42,766 nt of DNA from contig CAYUVB010000007.1 in assembly GCA_964448055.1 (NCBI GenBank), forward strand, positions 6,358-49,123, in the 5' to 3' direction. Each line of letters opens with the position of its first letter. Positions within the stretch are counted from its first letter, which is position 1. The DNA is from an uncultured Desulfurococcales archaeon (GTDB taxonomy: Archaea > Thermoproteota > Thermoprotei_A > Sulfolobales > WANQ01). Below the pieces are notes generated by a model, which saw only the letters and a program-made list of their open reading frames with translations, had not been told where the DNA came from and made no database searches. Made by a program: the position numbers and the translations under genes. This document shows, in pieces, positions 37,357-42,766 of the stretch.

Positions 37357-37380
37357 ATCAATGCTTACTTCTAGTTTTAC
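37357..37380. repeat. Solitary degenerate CRISPR-repeat-like sequence
   Basis: ATCAATGCTTACTTCTAGTTTTAC ends with 12 nt (TTCTAGTTTTAC) identical to the 3' end of the array repeat as written on the plus strand. Upstream TCAAT.CTT also matches if a 2-nt insertion is allowed. It has the same orientation as the array repeats and is intergenic. Confidence 0.45.
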
Positions 37381-37651
37381 AGATATCAACGTATTTATCG
37401 ATTCTACTCATTTATACTAAGTATTTCTAAGCCCAGTATCATGGATATAATAGAACTTACTATGAGCATTAAAGCTATAGCAACATTTGTTTTATGTTTA
37501 CGTTTATATAACATTATCTAGTCCCAGAGAGTACTTCTAAGAGAAATATCTTGAGTTCAAGATACATACGTGTATGGTAATTGGAGGTTCTAGCTTACTA
37601 TCAAAACTTTTATAATATGGAAACAGCGTCTTCACCTCTTTGCTTTAATGG

Positions 37652-38509
37652 TTAGTTGTTTCTTTTAATCTTATTCAGCAATTCTTTGTATTCTTCCTTA
37701 CTCATGTGCATTGTGTGTTCTTCCGAGGGAAATACTCCTGTCCTTACTTCGTTAGCATATTGTTTTACGGCATCGAGTATTATCTTTGAGAGGTCAACGT
37801 ATTTTTTCGCGAAGGGTGGAGGACTAGGTGTTAGCCCAAGTATATCATGGATTACGAGTACTTGTCCATCACACCATGGTCCTGATCCTATACATATTGT
37901 TGGTATACTTAGCTTCTCTGTTATGATTTTAGCAACTTCTGCTACAGTAAACTCTATTACTACGGCAAAGGCACCTGCATCTTCAAGAGCTTTCGCATCT
38001 TCTATTATTTTCTCGGCTATCTCTACCTTCTTGCCCATTAACTTGTATCCTCCTATTTTAAGCATTCTTTGTGGAGTAAGACCTACATGCCCCATTACTG
38101 GTATACCGGCTTCCACCATAGCCTCAACTTTATCTATAATCTCTATTCCGCCTTCAACTTTTACTGCTTCAGCACCTGCTTTGATCATAAGCCCTGCATT
38201 GTATACTGCTTCGCTCCTACTTACCTCGTAGCTTAGGAAAGGCATATCACCTATAACTAACGCTCTAGGTTTAGCCCTTGCAACAGCTCTTATATGGTGA
38301 AGCATTTCATCTATGGTAACTGGTAGAGTAGAATCATAGCCTAATACAACCATTCCAAGGGAATCACCTACAAGTATAGCGTCAACGCCCGCCTCATCTA
38401 CAAGTCTTGCAGTAGGGTAATCATATGCTGTTATCATTACTATTTTTTCTCCACGCTTCTTCATCTTTATTAAATCAGTAGGCATGATCTTCTTTATTTT
38501 CCTCTCCAC
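37652..38509 (-). CDS. panB: 3-methyl-2-oxobutanoate hydroxymethyltransferase
   Basis: 285 aa with MITAYDYPTARLVDEAGVDAILVGDSLGMV and GHVGLTPQ motifs. Confidence 0.92.
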   Translation of the reverse strand: MERKIKKIMPTDLIKMKKRGEKIVMITAYDYPTARLVDEAGVDAILVGDSLGMVVLGYDSTLPVTIDEMLHHIRAVARAKPRALVIGDMPFLSYEVSRSEAVYNAGLMIKAGAEAVKVEGGIEIIDKVEAMVEAGIPVMGHVGLTPQRMLKIGGYKLMGKKVEIAEKIIEDAKALEDAGAFAVVIEFTVAEVAKIITEKLSIPTICIGSGPWCDGQVLVIHDILGLTPSPPPFAKKYVDLSKIILDAVKQYANEVRTGVFPSEEHTMHMSKEEYKELLNKIKRNN

Positions 38510-39420
38510 TTCTCGACGCCTCTAACGAGTAATGTTAATAGTGTGTTTACTGGAGCATCTATATTATTTTCTCGGGCTATTCTAGCTATAGCTCCATTAA
38601 TGTATTCTATTTCAGTTTTCCTACCACTACGTATATCCTGAGTCATCGATGAAATATTATCAGCGGTCTTGTAGGCAACTTCCCATACATACCCTAGCAC
38701 GTCTTCAACTGGGAGCTCTATACCAAGCTTCTCAATCACGTTTAATGCTTCTTCAACCACCATCTTGGTGATTGTCCATGCTTCTTCTAACTCTATTATA
38801 ACCCTATTAGACGCATTAAGTAGGGCTGTTACCGGGTTAATAGCTGCATTAACTATCAGCTTAAGCCAACGATAGGGTTCTATATCATCTACTACACGAA
38901 TATTACCGCTGAGTATATCCTTTATCTTCATTAGTCGTTCATCAGCTTTCCTTCCTTTATAGCCTATAATAAGTTCACCGATACCAGTAATCCTCGCTAT
39001 ACCCGCACGCTCACGTAGAACACCATACGTTAATACTCCTCCAGCAACACCAACATCGGGCTTATTTTCACCTATGACCTTCTCAGCAAGTTCAAGACCA
39101 CCAATACCATTCTGTACTAAAACTACTACGCCGTTATCCTTAACTATCCTTAATGCTTCCTTAACAGCTTCCGCGGTGTCATGGGCTTTAACAGCTATGA
39201 ATACGTAATCATAGTTATTAGCTGGTGCTTTACCAGTAAGATAATGTTCTACTTCTACAACATGGTCTTCTTGATCTACTTGGATTACGATACCACCATA
39301 ACAATCTATTGCTTCGCCATAGACTTCTGATCGATAAATAACTGTAGGCTTATGCTTCTTAGCCATATATGCTAGTAGAGAGCCAACAGCTCCGATACCT
39401 ATTATGGCTATGGACGCCAA
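38494..39420 (-). CDS. panE: 2-dehydropantoate 2-reductase (ApbA/PanE family)
   Basis: 308 aa with an N-terminal Rossmann segment IAIIGIGAVGS and a C-terminal ApbA_C-like domain (SSMTQDIRSGRKTEIEYING). It has a TTG start and overlaps panB by 16 nt. Confidence 0.82.
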   Translation of the reverse strand: MASIAIIGIGAVGSLLAYMAKKHKPTVIYRSEVYGEAIDCYGGIVIQVDQEDHVVEVEHYLTGKAPANNYDYVFIAVKAHDTAEAVKEALRIVKDNGVVVLVQNGIGGLELAEKVIGENKPDVGVAGGVLTYGVLRERAGIARITGIGELIIGYKGRKADERLMKIKDILSGNIRVVDDIEPYRWLKLIVNAAINPVTALLNASNRVIIELEEAWTITKMVVEEALNVIEKLGIELPVEDVLGYVWEVAYKTADNISSMTQDIRSGRKTEIEYINGAIARIARENNIDAPVNTLLTLLVRGVEKWRGK

Positions 39421-39707
39421 ATAAGTGTCACCTACATGTAGCTAGCATAATGCATAGTAGTCTGTTCATAGTATAAAGAAGTTACGCAATTAAGATAATC
39501 TACAGTTAACCTTGATGACATGTTTCGTCATATTCTTGGCTAGGATCCTTCCTGTAGGAGAGAATTAAGTAATGAGAAATAATCTTAACAATAGAAGCCG
39601 AGAATGTAATTATGATAGCGTATTATAATAGAATTGTACTGAGAGATAGGCAAAGAATATTGGGGGAACTTGACAATACGCTATTAATCCTGGAGATACA
39701 ATAGGTA

Positions 39708-39785
39708 TACGATGTGATGAAGTTACGCACTCTCCGAGCCCTGTGGCGGCAGGGGATGGGGAAGCCTCCTCGCTGCTGATTTTCT
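39708..39785 (+). ncRNA. GC-rich intergenic island with C-box (GTGATGA) and D-box (CTGA) like elements; candidate small RNA
   Basis: GTGATGA lies at 39714-39720 and CTGA at 39776-39779. An internal CCCTG-tggcgg-CAGGG hairpin is present. Local GC is far above the flanks. The spacings do not fit the canonical 12-nt guide geometry and there is no terminal stem. Confidence 0.25.
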
Positions 39786-39925
39786 AATAACTCGAATTTC
39801 CCTAGATAATATGGTAATACTACTAACTTTAGCAACTAGTTATTAGAGAAGAATATGTTGTTAAACCATCATTTAGGATTAACGTTTTCTACGCCTCAGC
39901 TACATAATAGTAGCTAGGATGTCTG

Positions 39926-41278
39926 GTGGCTGTTAAGGATAGTATATGTGTGCTTGACTGGCGTTATGGATCGGAGGAGCTACGTGAACTATTCTATCCA
40001 GATAATATTATACAACGGTACATAGTAGTTGAGAAAGCATTAATTAAGGGTCTTGCAGAAGCAGGGTTAATTCCGAAGAGATGTGTTGAGCAAATAGAAG
40101 AATGTGTCAAGAATGTTAAGGCGAGCGAGGTTTATGAGCTTGAGAAGAAGATGGGACATGACATAGCAGCACTAGCCTATATCTTGGGTGAACGTTGTGG
40201 TGAATGCGGAAAATACGTACATCTTGGTGCTACAAGCTATGATATCGTTGATACCGCGTGGGCACTAATATTTAGAGATGCTTTAAAACTGGTTAAAGCC
40301 AAATTAAAGTCCATTATAAACAAGCTACTAGAACTATCATATAAGTACATGGATCTAGTAATGGTTGGTAGAACTCATGGTCAACATGCTCTACCCATAA
40401 CACTAGGCTTTAAACTAGCGAACTATGTATACGAATTAACTCGTAGTTATGAGAGAATATGTGATTTAGAGAGAAGAGTTATACTTGGCAAGATGTCTGG
40501 CGCTGTAGGAACAATGGCTGCATGGAAAGGTAAAGGGCTCACAATAGAGTTGAAAACACTAGAATACCTTGGATTAAACCCTCATAAAATAACAACACAG
40601 GTAGCACCAAGGGATGGTTTTGCTGAGCTTGTATCAGTACTAGCGATACTAGGTTCGCAACTTGATAGATTAGCATTAGAGGTTAGAGAACTTAGTCGCC
40701 CGGAAATAGGTGAACTCTATGAAGCAGTTGAACGTGTTGGAAGTAGTACTATGCCTCATAAACGTAATCCTGTAACAGCTGAGAGAATATCTGGCCTAGC
40801 TAAGATACTAAGATCACTAGTGGTTACTGCTCTTGAAAACATAGTGTTAATGCATGAAAGAGATCTTACGAATAGTAGTTCGGAAAGAATAATGCTACCT
40901 CATGTATTCTTGGTAATAGATCAAATGTTAGAGGATACTATATTCTTACTTGATCACCTAGGAGTAGATGATAATGCTATTAAAAGAAATCTAGAACTAT
41001 CTCGTGGCCTCATCTTAACCGAAGCGGTAATGGTTAAACTAGTTGAGAAAGGCGTACATAGGCACATAGCTCACAAGAAATTAGTAGAGTTATCCAGGAA
41101 AGCTGTAACTGAAGGTAAAACATTGAAGCAAGTACTATTGGAGGACGAGTTCATACTAAAGTACTTGTCAAGAGAAGAAATTGAAGAATTAATGGATCCA
41201 GCGAAGTACCTAGGAAGTTATAAGGCTCTCATAGAGAGAACAAGAAGTTACGTGGAGGAAACTCTAGCTAAATGCTAA
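39926..41278 (+). CDS. purB: Adenylosuccinate lyase
   Basis: 450 aa with an LDWRYGS N-terminus, the fumarate-lyase signature GSSTMPHKRNP and a TSYDIVDTA segment. It has a GTG start. Confidence 0.92.
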   Translation: MAVKDSICVLDWRYGSEELRELFYPDNIIQRYIVVEKALIKGLAEAGLIPKRCVEQIEECVKNVKASEVYELEKKMGHDIAALAYILGERCGECGKYVHLGATSYDIVDTAWALIFRDALKLVKAKLKSIINKLLELSYKYMDLVMVGRTHGQHALPITLGFKLANYVYELTRSYERICDLERRVILGKMSGAVGTMAAWKGKGLTIELKTLEYLGLNPHKITTQVAPRDGFAELVSVLAILGSQLDRLALEVRELSRPEIGELYEAVERVGSSTMPHKRNPVTAERISGLAKILRSLVVTALENIVLMHERDLTNSSSERIMLPHVFLVIDQMLEDTIFLLDHLGVDDNAIKRNLELSRGLILTEAVMVKLVEKGVHRHIAHKKLVELSRKAVTEGKTLKQVLLEDEFILKYLSREEIEELMDPAKYLGSYKALIERTRSYVEETLAKC

Positions 41279-42315
41279 GCTATTGGTGGGAGACAGTGCC
41301 CTTAACGATAGTGGTTGGAGGGTTCTTTGGAGACGAAGGTAAGGGTAAGGTTGCAGCATACCTAGCACTTAAGGATAAACCAGCTATAGCGGTAAGGTGT
41401 GGTGCCATTAATGCTGGTCATACAGTAGTATATAATGGTAGGAGGTGGAAGCTTAGAAGTATACCATCATTCTTCGTTAACCCTACAACCAGATTAATGA
41501 TACCATCAGGAGCTTTGGTAAGATTGGATGTATTATTCAAGGAAATAGAGGAAACAAATGCTAAGGGAAGACTAGTAATTGACAAGCATACAGGAGTAAT
41601 AGAGCAAAGACATGTTGAAGAAGAGAGAAGAAATGCTTACCTATCAGGTAAGATAGGATCAACTCTGCAAGGAGTAGGTGCAGCAATGTCTGATCGCGTT
41701 ATGAGGAAACTGAAGTTAGCGGAGGAATACGCTGAGCTTAAGGATATGGTGGGAGATGTGGCATTAGAGGTAAACAATGCTCTTGATAGAGGCGAACTAG
41801 TATACATAGAAGGAACCCAAGGGACATTCTTAAGCTTATACCATGGAACATACCCTTATGTTACAAGCCGTGATACAACAGCATCAGCTTTCGCATCAGA
41901 GGTAGGGGTAGGGCCAAGGAGAGTAGATGATGTAATAGTGGTGTTTAAAGCCTATGTTACAAGGGTTGGAGGAGGACCATTACCAGGCGAGTTACCATTA
42001 GAGGAGATAGAGCGTAGAGGATGGATTGAGAAAGCTACTGTCACTGGTAGAACTAGGCGTGCTGCACCATTCAATGTAGAGTTAGCTAGGAGGGCAATAA
42101 TGCTTAACTCAGCATCGCAAATAGCGATAACAAAGCTAGACGTCTTATTCCCTGAAGCAAAGAGGGTGAGAGAGTGGGGTAAACTACCGGTACAAGCACG
42201 TAGATGGATAGAGGAGTTAGAAGAACAACTGAAGACCCCAATAACACTTATTGGTACAGGTGAGGAAGCTCTAGATATGGTTGACCGTAGGAGAGAACTA
42301 GGTTTTATGAGGTGA
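41272..42315 (+). CDS. purA: Adenylosuccinate synthetase (short archaeal form)
   Basis: 347 aa with the P-loop GGFFGDEGKGK and INAGHT and GTQGTFL segments. It overlaps purB by 7 nt. Confidence 0.92.
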   Translation: MLSYWWETVPLTIVVGGFFGDEGKGKVAAYLALKDKPAIAVRCGAINAGHTVVYNGRRWKLRSIPSFFVNPTTRLMIPSGALVRLDVLFKEIEETNAKGRLVIDKHTGVIEQRHVEEERRNAYLSGKIGSTLQGVGAAMSDRVMRKLKLAEEYAELKDMVGDVALEVNNALDRGELVYIEGTQGTFLSLYHGTYPYVTSRDTTASAFASEVGVGPRRVDDVIVVFKAYVTRVGGGPLPGELPLEEIERRGWIEKATVTGRTRRAAPFNVELARRAIMLNSASQIAITKLDVLFPEAKRVREWGKLPVQARRWIEELEEQLKTPITLIGTGEEALDMVDRRRELGFMR

Positions 42316-42766
42316 AAGAGACGGTTAGGGAATATGATGTTATAATAGTTGGAGCTGGTCCTGCTGGACTATTTGCTACATATGAGCTAGCAACTCATGG
42401 TGAAGGTAAGGTAAAGATAGCGGTGTTTGAGAGAGGCTTAAGGGCAATACATAGACGTTGCCCTATGTTTGATGCTAAGAGGAAGTTGAGAACAAGAGAA
42501 TGTACTGGTTGCCAGCCATGTCATGTGATGCAAGGTGTAGGTGGTGCTGGAGCACTTAGTAGTGGAACAATAAACCTAAGACCTGATGTAGGAGGAGATC
42601 TAGATAAGCTTCTAGGAAGCTGGGAGGAGGCACAACAACTAATAGACTATGTAGATAAGGTATTTGTTAAATTTGGTGCACCGGAGAAAGTTTACACTAT
42701 TAGTGAAGAAGTTGCAGCAGAGTTAGAAAGACTTGCAGCACGTGCTGGAGCTAAATTTATACCAAC
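42312..42766 (+). CDS. FAD-dependent oxidoreductase, partial (runs off the window end)
   Basis: A GTG start overlaps the purA stop (GTGA). The frame is open to the end of the window. The dinucleotide-binding motif is YDVIIVGAGPAGLFATYEL, followed by a CTGCQPC Cys cluster. It is absent from the ORF track because no stop codon lies in the window. Confidence 0.65.
   Translation, partial: MKETVREYDVIIVGAGPAGLFATYELATHGEGKVKIAVFERGLRAIHRRCPMFDAKRKLRTRECTGCQPCHVMQGVGGAGALSSGTINLRPDVGGDLDKLLGSWEEAQQLIDYVDKVFVKFGAPEKVYTISEEVAAELERLAARAGAKFIP

Noticed and set aside
39623-39835. The 70-aa minus-strand ORF as a protein-coding gene
   Set aside because: Its composition is odd, it has no recognisable motif, and it is driven by the GC-rich island. 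An ncRNA or regulatory element is more likely.
41272-42315. The purB/purA 7-nt overlap and the purA/oxidoreductase GTGA overlap as unusual features
   Set aside because: Short start-stop overlaps are ordinary translational coupling in compact archaeal operons.

Overview
AT-rich archaeal chromosomal segment. It is almost certainly from a hyperthermophilic crenarchaeote, because it carries csa1/csa3-type I-A adaptation genes and the archaeal pantoate-kinase CoA route. I cannot name the species. All family calls come from motifs read by eye, with no database search.

Layout:
- 1-4588: a CRISPR array of 9 perfect 24-nt repeats, cut by the window edge and transcribed on the minus strand. It is followed by its leader, csa3, and a divergent csa1-cas1-cas2-cas4 adaptation operon. 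No effector cas genes are in the window.
- 4.8-10.5 kb: an accessory stretch with a tandem KaiC-like ATPase, an ADP-ribosylglycohydrolase, a frameshifted ABC-2 exporter pair and VapBC.
- 10.8-23.8 kb: mostly metabolic genes. These are MBL hydrolases, an SSF symporter, a nitroreductase/formamidase operon, TldD/PmbA, glnA with a divergent Lrp regulator, and small membrane proteins.
- 23.9-31.9 kb: a HEPN/MNT pair, a sugar ABC importer and an envelope-protein cluster.
- 32-39.4 kb: CoA genes (pantoate kinase, coaBC, panB, panE) interrupted by an orphan PrimPol, a GNAT and a GH130-like gene.
- 39.9 kb to the end: purB, purA and a partial FAD oxidoreductase.

Most worth a second look:
- A stand-alone AEP primase-polymerase with a PriCT-like tail embedded among CoA genes.
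- The KaiC-like/ARH pair next to the adaptation module.
- Five gene lesions confined to accessory genes: two frameshifts, one in-frame TAG and two lost start codons.
- A duplicated spacer, a fossil-like repeat inside the leader, and a solitary CRISPR-repeat-like sequence about 37 kb from the array.
- Three GC-rich intergenic islands that may be structured RNAs.

I found no complete, clearly novel multi-gene system. The candidates are hypotheses.
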